This document shows, in pieces, positions 29,598 through 39,868 of a stretch of DNA of 64,000 nt. The stretch is from Blastocatellia bacterium (GTDB taxonomy: Bacteria > Acidobacteriota > Blastocatellia > RBC074). The position numbers were made by a program, and so were the translations under genes. The notes beneath the pieces are model-generated. The model made no database searches and had not been told where the DNA came from. It saw only the letters and a program-made list of their open reading frames with translations. The stretch covers positions 1,892 through 65,891 of the forward strand of contig JBGAPB010000001.1 in NCBI GenBank assembly GCA_044221525.1. Direction: 5' to 3'. Position 1 is the first letter of the stretch. The number at the start of each line of letters is the position of its first letter.

Positions 29598-29662
29598 ACG
29601 ATGAAGGCTGAACGATGAATCTGAGGTCGAAATTCATCACTCATCGTTCAGCCTTCATCGTT
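29598..29662. other. Long near-perfect hairpin (17-bp perfect core) between co-directional genes
   Basis: aacgatgaaggctgaacgatgaat … attcatcactcatcgttcagccttcatcgtt. Confidence 0.45.
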
Positions 29663-29668
29663 AAACTT

Positions 29669-30715
29669 TTACCTTCCTACGGCGGATTTCAGTTCGTTGA
29701 TTTTCTGGCGTATTCGACGTGAAAAGCCTTCGACTTCGGCGGATGTCGCTCCAGCCGCTTTGAAAGCATCCCGAATCTGCGCGTCGGTCAACTGTCCAAT
29801 AATGCCCGCGAACCAGCGAGCGTGTTCGATAGGAATTGTTTTCAGGGAACTACTCATTTTGCCGCTGTAATGCAATTTGATTTGTCCGCCCGAAACTCCG
29901 TCCAAAAAAGCTTGTTTGTTGTAATCGTCCAAATCCCACTTGGAGTGCGAGGTGAAGCCGCCCATCTTGCCGAATGATCCGCCCCAGTCTGCTACCAGAT
30001 ACCAGTCAATGACTTTGCCGTTGTCGTCGAACATTCCAAGCACATTGTTGTTCGTAGCCTTGGCGTCCCAGTTGTTCAACAAAGTGTTAAGAATAGCCAG
30101 ACCGGACAATTCCTTTGTTCCCTTAAACGGATTGTTGTCCCATTCCCAGTTGATGGCGCGACGTGCAATATCGTCGGGGCGTTTTTCAAACATTCCATTG
30201 GTAAATGAGCCGTCCGAGCCGACGAATTTTTTGGCGCGGCCAAGACCGGTTACGCCGCTCACTTTGCCGGAAGGGATGAAGTAACTCTCTTCCACCATGT
30301 ACCCGCAAGCCCAGGCAATGCGGCTGGAAGCGACTTCAGCGTGAACTTCCTCGTCAAACTTGATGTTCCATTTGATGCCGTTGGCGTCAATGATTTTGAT
30401 CTTTGGATTGGTCCCGGTGATGTCTTCCTTGTCGAACTGGAAAGGCGGTTTAGGCATTTCATCAGGGCCGCCGATGCCATAAACCAGATTCAGCGAAGCG
30501 ATATTGCCTCTATCTTCCCACATCGCGGGCGTGCCGGCGGTAGTGGGCGCATTTGATGACTTAGCTTTTTTGCTCTTTTTACCGCTCTTTTTTTGTGGGC
30601 TGGCGCTAACCTTTGAGACGGGGAAAGATGACGAAACAAAAGCGCCAGCGATTGCCAGACAGATGGTCAAAGTAAAAGCGAACATTGCAGATAAACGATT
30701 GTACCGATAGTTCAT
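29669..30715 (-). CDS. Secreted hypothetical protein; possible atypical kinase-like region (LNNWDAKATNNN…DWGGSFG)
   Basis: Signal peptide, Lys/Ser-rich linker; the kinase-like call is inference only. Confidence 0.45.
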   Translation of the reverse strand: MNYRYNRLSAMFAFTLTICLAIAGAFVSSSFPVSKVSASPQKKSGKKSKKAKSSNAPTTAGTPAMWEDRGNIASLNLVYGIGGPDEMPKPPFQFDKEDITGTNPKIKIIDANGIKWNIKFDEEVHAEVASSRIAWACGYMVEESYFIPSGKVSGVTGLGRAKKFVGSDGSFTNGMFEKRPDDIARRAINWEWDNNPFKGTKELSGLAILNTLLNNWDAKATNNNVLGMFDDNGKVIDWYLVADWGGSFGKMGGFTSHSKWDLDDYNKQAFLDGVSGGQIKLHYSGKMSSSLKTIPIEHARWFAGIIGQLTDAQIRDAFKAAGATSAEVEGFSRRIRQKINELKSAVGR

Positions 30716-30850
30716 TGAAACAACCTCCTGGAGTTGGTTTTCAGTTCTTCGGGGTAGTAGCGATTTCGACGGGGCTTAAGCCAATAATTTCCCGCTTTTA
30801 TGCAGTTAAGATATGACGCTCAACAACAGGGAAGCGTGAAGTTACAAAAG

Positions 30851-33409
30851 TTACTTCACATCCAAGTAATCCAATTTTAGATAGCTGCTGGCATCGCCGA
30901 CCAAAAACAGAAGCGGGCGTCCATTGATGATGGCAGCGGTTATCCCTTCGGGTTTGTATTTGGGACTGAGCGTCGCCTGTTCGCGCACTTTGGTTGAAAG
31001 TGCCTCGCCGTCCCATTCCCATAATTTGAACTCAGCTTTTTCAACGCCTTCTGGCGCGCCGGAAATGATCAGGAAAGATTTCAGATGCGCGTCATAAGTT
31101 ATGTCGCGCACTCCCTGACCGCCAAGCTGCAAAAAGATGACTCGCGGATTTTCGACCACCAGATTGTCGGCGTTGAACACCCCACGCGGGTCTTTCAAAC
31201 GCAGTGGAACCAAAACAGCTTGGGCGCCAACCAGTGAGCGCAATCCGACCACCAGTCGGTCACGCAATTTATCCCAGGCCAGGCCTTCGACATTCAAACC
31301 TCCCTGAGCGCTGGGAATTTCTCCCTGGCTTTTCAGTTCAGGGACTTTGCTTAGCAGCAAGCCGCGAAAGTCGTTGATGACTTCGGCTTGTCCGCGAAGC
31401 GTCTCTGTTTGCGGGTCGAATGCAAAACGCACGATGGCGTTGTCACCGCCCCAGGCTGCATCTGACAGCGAGCCGACAATGTAAAAGTGAGCGCCATCGT
31501 TGGTGATGGCTTCAGGGTTCTTGATTGTCACACCAAGCGGGATTGCTTTGGGAGCGCCGACTGGCTCACCTGCCGCGTTCAACTTCATTGCCAGAACGGC
31601 TCCCGGCTGACCATCGTCAACCATTAAAACCAAATCGCTCCCTGGAACGTGAGCCACACCGGAAGCTTCAATTGCCTTGCCTGGCAACGACGACCAGGAG
31701 TCGGAGCTAACGACCTTTGTGACGCTGGTTTTGATGTCGTTGATGACTTTGTCTTCTTTGCTGGGCATGAGCGCATATTTGGCTACAATCACTGACCCCA
31801 CTATACCCACAACTCCACCCAAAACCTGAGCGATGATGCGGCTCATGGCGTTAGCGCTGAAAAAACCGCCCTTGTCTTTGTCTTTCTTCTTTTTCTTCTT
31901 CTCGGATTTTTCTACTTCATCATCTTCGGCTGCGGTGACAACTTTTGAAGGGGGCACAGACCAGGAACTTGGATTCGTGGACGGCGCGGAAGCGACAGGG
32001 CCGCTTTTGAGTGCGGCGCGGCGACGAACGTCTTCCAAAGCTTCCAACGACAATCGAGCGGTTTTGTTTTCTGTGGTTTCAGCCGGATTACGGAAAGTCA
32101 GCATGACATTACCGAGTTGAATTTTGTCGCCATGTTGCAGCGTGTAAGCGTCTCCGCCTTGCCGGTTACCGTTGATAAACGTGCCATTGCTGCTGCCCAG
32201 ATCAACGATGGTGTAACCTCCGTCTCGTACGACGACGATGGCGTGTGTGCTGCTGACCGTTGGGTCATTGACCACCAGCTTGTTGTGCGGAGCTTTGCCG
32301 ATTTCGATTTCCGGCTGATTCAAAAGGGCTTCAATCTTTTCACCCGTTGGCATGACGCCGATCAATCGCGGTGTGAAGTGGTTGTCAATTTGTGCGGTAA
32401 TTTCGCTGGGCAAAGCCAATCTTAGCGAGGCTTTTTTGCCTGTGACGCGTTCGACTTCGTCAATTGTCGCTTTGTCAGTTGGGTCGGCAATGGCCAGCAT
32501 TAACTTGTCTGGCTGTTGACCGATGACAGGGCAAACCGAACGGCTTCGCAAAAAATCAACGCGCAATTTGGCTGCCGTCACGGCGTCAACTTCCATTGTT
32601 CTCATGTCAATTGGAACCAGATTGAAAGTGCGTCCAATCAAATCGCGCAAGCCGATTTCGCTGACCAATTTTTCTTCGGTCAAAGCCTGAAACAGTCTCC
32701 GGCTTTTTTTGCCTGGCGCGCCGACACCTTGCAGGCGACTAATTTCTGTTTGAGCTACAAGTCCGGCAGAAACCAGCGCTTGAGCCAGCGAGGCTTCAGT
32801 CATCGGAGGGGTCTTCGGTGTTGGCGGCGCCAACGGCGGCGGCGGCGGGGCGTTGTCCAGTAACACAGTGCGCGGGATTGATTGTGTGGTTTCGGCTTCT
32901 TTAATCCGGAAAGTGATCGCGCAATGTCCCATCTTGATCAAATCGCCGTGCTGCAATTTGCGCGATTCAGTGACACGGACTTCGTTGACAAAGGTTCCGT
33001 TGCGGCTTCCCAAATCGCTTAAGGTGAAGGCGTCATCGGCAAAACTGATCATGGCATGAGTTGATGACACAGAAGCGTCTGTCAAAACGATTTCGTTTTG
33101 AGGCCCTTTGCCGATTCTGGTTTCAGCGCCAGCCAGACCACGTTCAGTTACCAGGCCTTCGCGCGACAAAATGTGTAGAGTGGCCTCGATGGATTGGGTT
33201 TCTTTCTGGGGAGTTGTCATAGTTTTGAGCGCCGTGGCTTCCAACATATTCTTGGAAAGCGAATCTTTTGGCGGTGAAGATGGGGGCGATTCAAGTTGCA
33301 GATTCGGTTTACTTAAATCAAATGCTTGCAAATCAGCGCCGCATTGATTACAGAACCGGCTGCTTTCGCGCGGAACGGGGAAATTGCATTGAGGGCATTC
33401 ATTAATCAT
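30851..33409 (-). CDS. Multidomain signalling protein: Zn-ribbon–FHA–GspE_N/MshEN-like–FHA–TM–periplasmic domain
   Basis: CPQCNF…CNQCG; two FHA cores (…GRS/GSSNGTF…); LAQALVSAGLV…LAIADPTDKATIDEV T2SS-E N-domain pattern; one TM at about residue 520; K-rich tract. Confidence 0.7.
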   Translation of the reverse strand: MINECPQCNFPVPRESSRFCNQCGADLQAFDLSKPNLQLESPPSSPPKDSLSKNMLEATALKTMTTPQKETQSIEATLHILSREGLVTERGLAGAETRIGKGPQNEIVLTDASVSSTHAMISFADDAFTLSDLGSRNGTFVNEVRVTESRKLQHGDLIKMGHCAITFRIKEAETTQSIPRTVLLDNAPPPPPLAPPTPKTPPMTEASLAQALVSAGLVAQTEISRLQGVGAPGKKSRRLFQALTEEKLVSEIGLRDLIGRTFNLVPIDMRTMEVDAVTAAKLRVDFLRSRSVCPVIGQQPDKLMLAIADPTDKATIDEVERVTGKKASLRLALPSEITAQIDNHFTPRLIGVMPTGEKIEALLNQPEIEIGKAPHNKLVVNDPTVSSTHAIVVVRDGGYTIVDLGSSNGTFINGNRQGGDAYTLQHGDKIQLGNVMLTFRNPAETTENKTARLSLEALEDVRRRAALKSGPVASAPSTNPSSWSVPPSKVVTAAEDDEVEKSEKKKKKKDKDKGGFFSANAMSRIIAQVLGGVVGIVGSVIVAKYALMPSKEDKVINDIKTSVTKVVSSDSWSSLPGKAIEASGVAHVPGSDLVLMVDDGQPGAVLAMKLNAAGEPVGAPKAIPLGVTIKNPEAITNDGAHFYIVGSLSDAAWGGDNAIVRFAFDPQTETLRGQAEVINDFRGLLLSKVPELKSQGEIPSAQGGLNVEGLAWDKLRDRLVVGLRSLVGAQAVLVPLRLKDPRGVFNADNLVVENPRVIFLQLGGQGVRDITYDAHLKSFLIISGAPEGVEKAEFKLWEWDGEALSTKVREQATLSPKYKPEGITAAIINGRPLLFLVGDASSYLKLDYLDVK

Positions 33410-33644
33410 GCCAACTGAGGTGACTCGATTCGTATTCGAATGTGACGCCTGTTTGTTCGGCGATTTGAAGTTAATACTACTGTTGAAAACCGTGCGGGAT
33501 GCTAAATCAGTTTGCGAGCTAAATCAACGAGTTTGATTGGCGGCAACTTTACAGAACCGGTTTCGACTCGGCGGCGTAATGCGGATTCACTTTGCGCGGT
33601 TCCGAAAACGAACAGTTAAAATGACATCTGATATGGAAATCAAA

Positions 33645-34973
33645 ATGAAAAAGCTTACCCTTGCGGCGATGCTCGCCCTGATACTGGCAGCGAACTTTTG
33701 GGCACAGAATCCAGCTCGTCAGCCAGCGGTTGTCGGCGCTGTTCCGGCTCCTGAAAAAACGAAAGCTCATCGGAAATTTGGCGGCGGACTTTTGACATCG
33801 TTTGGCAGACGGTCAGGACAAACATTTCGACCCGACTTTGGGAGGGGTTGATTGGGAGAAAATCCGCCAGCAATACCAACCACAGGTCTCCGGGGTTAAA
33901 TCCGACGCCGAGCTTTATCGCCTGTTGCAACAGATGCTTGGCGAACTTCACCAATCGCATTTCAATATCATTCACTTCCAGCCTTAATCATCGCAGACAA
34001 TTATGTCGACCTCCAACCGGCGGCGCCGGGGCCTGATCTCAGAATGATTGACGGAGCAACGGTTATCACCAGAATTGAGCCGGGTTCAGCGGCTGAAAGC
34101 TCAGGCATGCTTCCTGGATTTGTGGTCAACCGGGTTGGCGATAAGACGGTTGAATCGCTGATTTCACCGCTGGCCAAAACGTTCAAAGACAAAGCGAAAA
34201 AAGTTGCAGATAGCTCTGAACGGGTGATGCGCGAAATAAATGGTGAACCAGGCACGACAGTCAAAATTGTTTATCTGGATGGCAAAGACCAAACGCACAC
34301 GGTTACTGTGACCCGCGCAAAGTTGAAGGGAGAGTTGTCGCCAAGGTTGGGTAATTTCCCGCCTCAATACACTGAATTTGAATCCAAAAGACTGGCTGGC
34401 AACATCGGTTACGTTCGTTTCAACATTTTTACGACACCAATTTCCGAAAAAGTCCGCTCGGCATTAGCTGAGCTAAAAGACGCAGATGGAATCATCTTCG
34501 ATTTGCGCGGCAATCCTGGCGGAGTCGCGGGAATTGCCACCGGCATTGCCAACAGGCTTTCGGACAAAGGCGGATTGTTGGGCACTATGAAGATGCGAAC
34601 AAGCGAAGTGAAATTCGCAATTTTTCCACAAACGAATGCTTACACCGGGCCGGTAGCGATTTTGATTGATGGCTTGAGCGCCTCGACCAGCGAGGTTTTT
34701 TCCAGCGGGATGCAAAATGGATTTGCTGGTCACCGTTCAAGGTCAGTGTCGGAGCTTACCTCACCGCTGGTCTTCGACTTCGACCAGCTCTTTCTGGTCG
34801 CCATCGCTGATTTCAAAACACCAAAAGGCATTTTGATCGAAGGACGCGGTGTCATTCCCGACGCCGAAGTTAAATGGAATCGCGCCAGCCTGTTGGCCGG
34901 ACGCGACGCACAGCTTGAAACTGCGATTGAGCGACTCGCCCAATCGCGCCAACGCGAACGCTCAGTCAAATGA
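33645..34973 (+). pseudogene. C-terminal-processing (S41) peptidase with PDZ domain; reading frame apparently interrupted twice
   Basis: ORF track places the signal peptide (33645-33851), S41 N-domain (33802-33987) and PDZ/catalytic part (34044-34973) in frames 0/1/0. Confidence 0.4.
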
Positions 34974-35040
34974 CGCTCGCATTCAACAATGTGAGAGCAG
35001 GCCGATGGGCTTGCCTCACGATCAGAAAGGATGAACGTTT

Positions 35041-35811
35041 ATGAAGAAATTTGCATTGATGATTGTGTTTGCGCTGATGGCAACTTTGTCAGTTGCGGCA
35101 CAGGAAAAGAAGGCTGACGCTCCGAAGGCCGATGCCAAACCAACGGCTGCTGCGATGCCTTCAGTTGACGAAATTCTGGACAAATACGTCAAGGCCAGCG
35201 GTGGCAAGGAAGCAATCCAGAAGGTGACTTCGCGCACTGCCAAGGGCACGTTCGAGATCGAATCAATGGGAATGACCGGCGGGTTTCAGAGCTTTGCCAA
35301 AGCTCCGAATAAAAGTGCCAGCATTATTGAAATTGGCGGTTTCGGCACAGTTAATAATGTTTTTGACGGCACAACAGGCTGGGACAGCAACCCACAAACC
35401 GGTTTGCGCGAATTGGCCGGTGAAGAGTTGGCCGCGAAAAAACAGGGCACGGATTTTTACCAAACGATCAATCTGAAATCCCACTATTCAAAGATGACCG
35501 TCAAAGGCAAAGAGAAAGTCGGGACGGCAGAAGCTTACGTGATTGAAGCTGTGCCGGCTGAAGGTAGCCCGGAAAAACTCTACTTCGATGTAGCTTCAGG
35601 TTTGCTGGTTCGTCTTGACACCGAACGTGATTCGCCGCAAGGCAAGATGGCCATCGAAGCTTATATGTCGGATTACAAACAGGTGGACGGAGTCAATATC
35701 CCCCACACGATGAAACAGGTTACACCGATGTTTTCCATGACCATTAAGATGGTGGAAATCAAACACAATGTCCCGGTCGAAGACGCGAAGTTTGCTAAAC
35801 CGGCAAACTAA
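35041..35811 (+). CDS. Secreted LolA-like / outer-membrane lipoprotein-sorting-fold protein (putative)
   Basis: Signal peptide, 256 aa; fold assignment is inference. Confidence 0.4.
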   Translation: MKKFALMIVFALMATLSVAAQEKKADAPKADAKPTAAAMPSVDEILDKYVKASGGKEAIQKVTSRTAKGTFEIESMGMTGGFQSFAKAPNKSASIIEIGGFGTVNNVFDGTTGWDSNPQTGLRELAGEELAAKKQGTDFYQTINLKSHYSKMTVKGKEKVGTAEAYVIEAVPAEGSPEKLYFDVASGLLVRLDTERDSPQGKMAIEAYMSDYKQVDGVNIPHTMKQVTPMFSMTIKMVEIKHNVPVEDAKFAKPAN

Positions 35812-35835
35812 ACCAATCCTTGAAACTGGAAAACG

Positions 35836-35870
35836 AAAGGGGCGAGTTGATCTCGCCCCTTTCGTCATTT
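35836..35870 (+). terminator. Rho-independent terminator
   Basis: aaaggggcgag ttgat ctcgcccctttcgtcatttt. Confidence 0.65.
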
Positions 35871-35994
35871 TGTATCTTGTAAATTGTTCAGATAGCGCGT
35901 TTGACTTCGTGAGGCAGCAGATCGGTTGTTGCTTCGGTGATTGGATGCTGAATCGAAGCGGGCGGCTAATTCATTGGTGTCCGGTGCGTTGATT

Positions 35995-36369
35995 TCACGA
36001 TTGCTTTCGCTGAATCCTCGGCGTGACGGTTGCGGCAACGAATCGTGTTCGATTGTTATTTTTTTGCAACCGCCAATATCCGAACAGGATCATTAACAAT
36101 CCAGTGATACCAAGCGAGCCCGAAATTATAAGAACGACTTTCAGAATCTTGGCATAACGAACCGGGTCATCAGTGTGCAAAAAGAGCAGCGGCAAAATCA
36201 ATGTAGCCAGTATTAGAAAAAAGCCCGCACCTATATTTTTGGAACTGGCGTTGGCATTTGAAGTCAATTGCAACACCTCTATCTCTGGCGGGTTGCGATT
36301 ATTAACGGCGAACCACATTGGCGACAGAACCGAGAACTGCCAGCTGTATCCGCTCCGCAAGCTGGACAA
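35995..36369 (-). CDS. Small two-TM membrane protein (may be a frameshifted C-terminus of the upstream zinc-ribbon protein)
   Basis: Hydrophobic core; 90-nt overlap with the upstream ORF. Confidence 0.25.
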   Translation of the reverse strand: MSSLRSGYSWQFSVLSPMWFAVNNRNPPEIEVLQLTSNANASSKNIGAGFFLILATLILPLLFLHTDDPVRYAKILKVVLIISGSLGITGLLMILFGYWRLQKNNNRTRFVAATVTPRIQRKQS

Positions 36370-36761
36370 TGCGCCGCTGCAGTTCGCGCCATTGCCAAGG
36401 CCAGGATCGCTTCTGCTTCGCGTGTCAGAGTCTGACGATCGCCTTTCGCAAGGTAAACGCCCTTCATCTCGTAATCAAAGGTTACCCGTGTAAGGTTGGT
36501 TCCGGCTGATTTCACCCCGATGTTCAACGAAGTTTGATATTGCAGAATGTCCTGGGCGCAGCCGGAAGCTGCGCTACTTTTCGCGTTACGCCGGGCCTGA
36601 ATCGGGCTGTCGTTCAGAATGCGATAGCCCATCTGTTCCAGGGCATCGGCCAATCTCACGCGAACACTTTCCGCATCGCCAAAGACATGTCGTGTTACAT
36701 CATGCTCTAAGCTGTAATACCCGCTGCTGTCGCTCATCGCGGCGATGAATTCCGCGCTCAT
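36279..36761 (-). CDS. Hypothetical protein with C-terminal zinc ribbon (CPACG…CRQCG)
   Basis: GGAGGAAATTT SD before the ATG. Confidence 0.45.
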   Translation of the reverse strand: MSAEFIAAMSDSSGYYSLEHDVTRHVFGDAESVRVRLADALEQMGYRILNDSPIQARRNAKSSAASGCAQDILQYQTSLNIGVKSAGTNLTRVTFDYEMKGVYLAKGDRQTLTREAEAILALAMARTAAAHCPACGADTAGSSRFCRQCGSPLIIATRQR

Positions 36762-36839
36762 AAATTTCCTCCGGTTTTTTGTCTGTAAATGTATTTTGAC
36801 ATCCGCGCTAACGAAAGCACGAAGACGAAAGTTCGCTGG

Positions 36840-37511
36840 CTATTGTGCGTCACTCTTCCGCCAGACGTAAATGTCACGGGCAATTTCGCCTTCCAACGCG
36901 ATCTGGGTTTCATCGCACTGAATAACGAAGCTGGGAAATTTCTGTTTGATTTTGACCGGAACTCCAGGCGAAATGCCAAAGGATGAAAGTTTGCGGATGC
37001 GCGGAAAGTTGGCTGCGCTGACATAAGCGACCTGGGCCTGTTCGCCGACTTCCAGACGATCAATCGAAGTCACCAGCGAATTGACGTGATCTTCAATCTG
37101 ACGACAGCAATCGCCTTCGGGAATTGGGTGATTGTGTGGGCAGAAGCGCGGATGGCCAAGCAGTGTGCAGATGGCGTTGGTGACCCCGCGCGCCAGAAAG
37201 TGTTCAAACTCGCAGGCGTCAGCTTCGCTTTCTTCTAAAGTCATGCCCAGAACGTCAACCACCAAACGCTCGGCCAGCCTGTGGCGGCGGATAATTTCTC
37301 CGGCGGTTTGGCGACCCAGCGGAGTCAGGCTGATGTCTCCATTGGAGTTTCGAATCACATAACCCTCGCGCTCGCATTCGGCCAGCAATTCTTCTGTGAC
37401 TTCGGTTTTGGCGTCATCGGCGATTGTTTCAACAGCCGCCGAACCGCGCTCTTCATTCGTCCAAACGGACTCCAGAACTTCGACAATATCTTGAGAAAGC
37501 CAGTTGTGCAT
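36840..37511 (-). CDS. DtxR/MntR-family metal-dependent regulator with C-terminal FeoA-like domain
   Basis: HTH plus metal-binding helices; C-terminal SH3-like FeoA segment. Confidence 0.8.
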   Translation of the reverse strand: MHNWLSQDIVEVLESVWTNEERGSAAVETIADDAKTEVTEELLAECEREGYVIRNSNGDISLTPLGRQTAGEIIRRHRLAERLVVDVLGMTLEESEADACEFEHFLARGVTNAICTLLGHPRFCPHNHPIPEGDCCRQIEDHVNSLVTSIDRLEVGEQAQVAYVSAANFPRIRKLSSFGISPGVPVKIKQKFPSFVIQCDETQIALEGEIARDIYVWRKSDAQ

Positions 37512-37534
37512 AAGTCAGTAGTTTTTGAATACAG

Positions 37535-39868
37535 TTAAAAGGTAATTTTCAAAACCCGCAAAACCAGATTGACCACTCCACCGACAATGATGGCAAATGG
37601 CGTAAGAAAGGCCAGAATATACATCGCCGTCTTTAATCCCTGCTCGCGAATGATCATAAAAAAGTTGGCGACACAAGGAATGAACAGCGTCAACACAATC
37701 AGCGAAACAACGACTTGAACCGGAGACATCAGGCCTTGTCCAACCATATCAAACAAGCCAGCGGCTCCGTAATCTCGCCGCAGAAAGCCAAGAACCAGAA
37801 CTTGAGCCGTTTGTCTGGGCAGTTCAAGTACTCCGGTTACCAGCGGAGCCAGCGAGTTGTTAATCATGTCCAGCCCGCTCAGATTTCCCCACGGCGTAGG
37901 CACTTTCACGCGGTCAAGTATGAACAGAATCAGTGTGCCGAGCAGAAACAGCGGCAAAGCCTCTTTCAGATACCAGATCATTCGATGGCGAGTTTTCGTC
38001 CAGATGTTTTTGAAAACCGGCACACGGATCGGCGGGATTTCAAAGATGAAATCACCTCGCTTGCCTTTGATAAGTTTTGACGACAGATAACCGATCAAAA
38101 ACATTTGAGAAGCCACAACTCCAAAAACTGTCAGCATCGCCCACGGACTGAGCGAGCCGCTGATGGCCAGAATTACTCCGAGTTGAGCAGAGCAGGGAAC
38201 TCCAAGCGCCAGCAACAATGTGGCAATCAACCGCTCCTTCTTCGTTTCCAAGATTCGCGTAGTCATAGTCGCCATAGTGTCGCAACCCAAACCAAGCACC
38301 ATCGGCAAAACTGCTTTGCCGTTCAAACCCATTACCCGGAAAAGTCTGTCTGACAGAATCGCCAGCCTGGGCAGATAGCCGCTGTCTTCCAACAGGCCGA
38401 AAGCGATAAAGAAGGTCATGACAATCGGCAAAACAATCGCCAACGCATAAGTCAGCCCGACGGAAATTAGACCGTATTTGCCGACAAAAAAATCGTAAAA
38501 AATTCCTTGCGGAATCAAGGCCTGCAAATTTGGAGTGAGCAACACATTGAAGACGTTGTTTTCCAGCGCATCAACCAGCGTGCCTGCTCCGATGACGCCT
38601 ACGAATTCGTACATCAGCAGCAAGATGATAACCATCATCGGAGCGCCAGTTCGCCAATCGCGCGTCCAATGCCCCAGCCTTTCGGCAAAGCGCTCAGACC
38701 GGCGTAACACAAAAGCCAGCGGAAACATGATCGGCGCAATCAAAACTAAAAACTGAGTAATTGCCGGATAAAGCAATCCTGTTTCGTAAGTGCTGCCGTC
38801 GTCTGCCAGCTTTCCAAAAAGCAGCGAACCAAACCAGCCAAGATGTATGTTTTGAAAAAATGACAATGTCGCTGGGATGACGCTGCGATCCATCAGCGAA
38901 TGCAGCCAGCTATAAGGGGTGGGCAATCCAAACAACCGACCGAGTTCCGTGTAAACAAACAACAGCAACCCGACAAGAAGGCAAACCAAGCCTACCTTTA
39001 AGCCAACGCTGTTAGTTTCGCGGAAGACGCTCGGCAAAACTTTTTTGTACTGGCTGACCGATCGCTCCAGAAAAACATTCCGCATTTCTTCCAGCCGGGC
39101 GGCGCAGCCTCTGATTTTCATTCGCGTCCCGGCATCGTTTGGAATTTCGCCTTCGGCAATTTGGCCCAACCAGGATTCAACACCACGGCGAAAACCTGAA
39201 TCCTGGGTTTGCAGCCATTCAACTGTCATTTGCAGGGGCAGTTTGCCTGCCGTTTTCGGCTTCAAGGCTTGGAGGAATTCTTCGTTGCCTAGAAGACGGT
39301 TTCGCTGGGCTTCGAGCGGATCGTTGGGTATTTTGGCGTGAACGATTGATTTGAAAATTGAATAAAGCCCTTCGCCTTCGATTGCGACAGCTGTAACAAC
39401 AGGTATGTCGAACAATTCGCCTATGGCTTTGGCATCAATTTCGATTCCGCGATGCCTGGCTTCGTCCATCATATTCAGCACCAGAACCATGGGGATTTTC
39501 ATTTCAGCCAGTTGCGAAGTTATCAACAAAGTCCGACGCAAATTTTTAGCATCGGCAACCTGAACGATCACATCCGGCTCCGATTCCAGCAACATATCGC
39601 GCGTCACGCGCTCGTCGTCGGATTGGGGAGCCAGCGAATTGACTCCGGGAGTATCAACTACCTCCCATTCCTGGCCGCCATATTTCATCTTGCCGCGTGA
39701 AATTTCGACGGTTGTCCCTGGATAGTTTGAAACGGTGACGTACTTTCCTGTCAGGTAGCCAAAGATAACTGATTTCCCGACATTCGGATTTCCAACCAGC
39801 AACAAACGCGGAGGTTTGGCGTTTGGCTTGGGCAATTTCTCGATTTTGTGCAATGTGATGGTAGACAT
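37535..39868 (-). CDS. feoB: Ferrous iron transporter FeoB
   Basis: GNPNVGKS G1, DTPG G3, NMMD G4, polytopic C-terminus; ORF track extends to 40036 but a start at MSTITLHKIEK fits the FeoB N-terminus. Confidence 0.85.
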   Translation of the reverse strand: MSTITLHKIEKLPKPNAKPPRLLLVGNPNVGKSVIFGYLTGKYVTVSNYPGTTVEISRGKMKYGGQEWEVVDTPGVNSLAPQSDDERVTRDMLLESEPDVIVQVADAKNLRRTLLITSQLAEMKIPMVLVLNMMDEARHRGIEIDAKAIGELFDIPVVTAVAIEGEGLYSIFKSIVHAKIPNDPLEAQRNRLLGNEEFLQALKPKTAGKLPLQMTVEWLQTQDSGFRRGVESWLGQIAEGEIPNDAGTRMKIRGCAARLEEMRNVFLERSVSQYKKVLPSVFRETNSVGLKVGLVCLLVGLLLFVYTELGRLFGLPTPYSWLHSLMDRSVIPATLSFFQNIHLGWFGSLLFGKLADDGSTYETGLLYPAITQFLVLIAPIMFPLAFVLRRSERFAERLGHWTRDWRTGAPMMVIILLLMYEFVGVIGAGTLVDALENNVFNVLLTPNLQALIPQGIFYDFFVGKYGLISVGLTYALAIVLPIVMTFFIAFGLLEDSGYLPRLAILSDRLFRVMGLNGKAVLPMVLGLGCDTMATMTTRILETKKERLIATLLLALGVPCSAQLGVILAISGSLSPWAMLTVFGVVASQMFLIGYLSSKLIKGKRGDFIFEIPPIRVPVFKNIWTKTRHRMIWYLKEALPLFLLGTLILFILDRVKVPTPWGNLSGLDMINNSLAPLVTGVLELPRQTAQVLVLGFLRRDYGAAGLFDMVGQGLMSPVQVVVSLIVLTLFIPCVANFFMIIREQGLKTAMYILAFLTPFAIIVGGVVNLVLRVLKITF

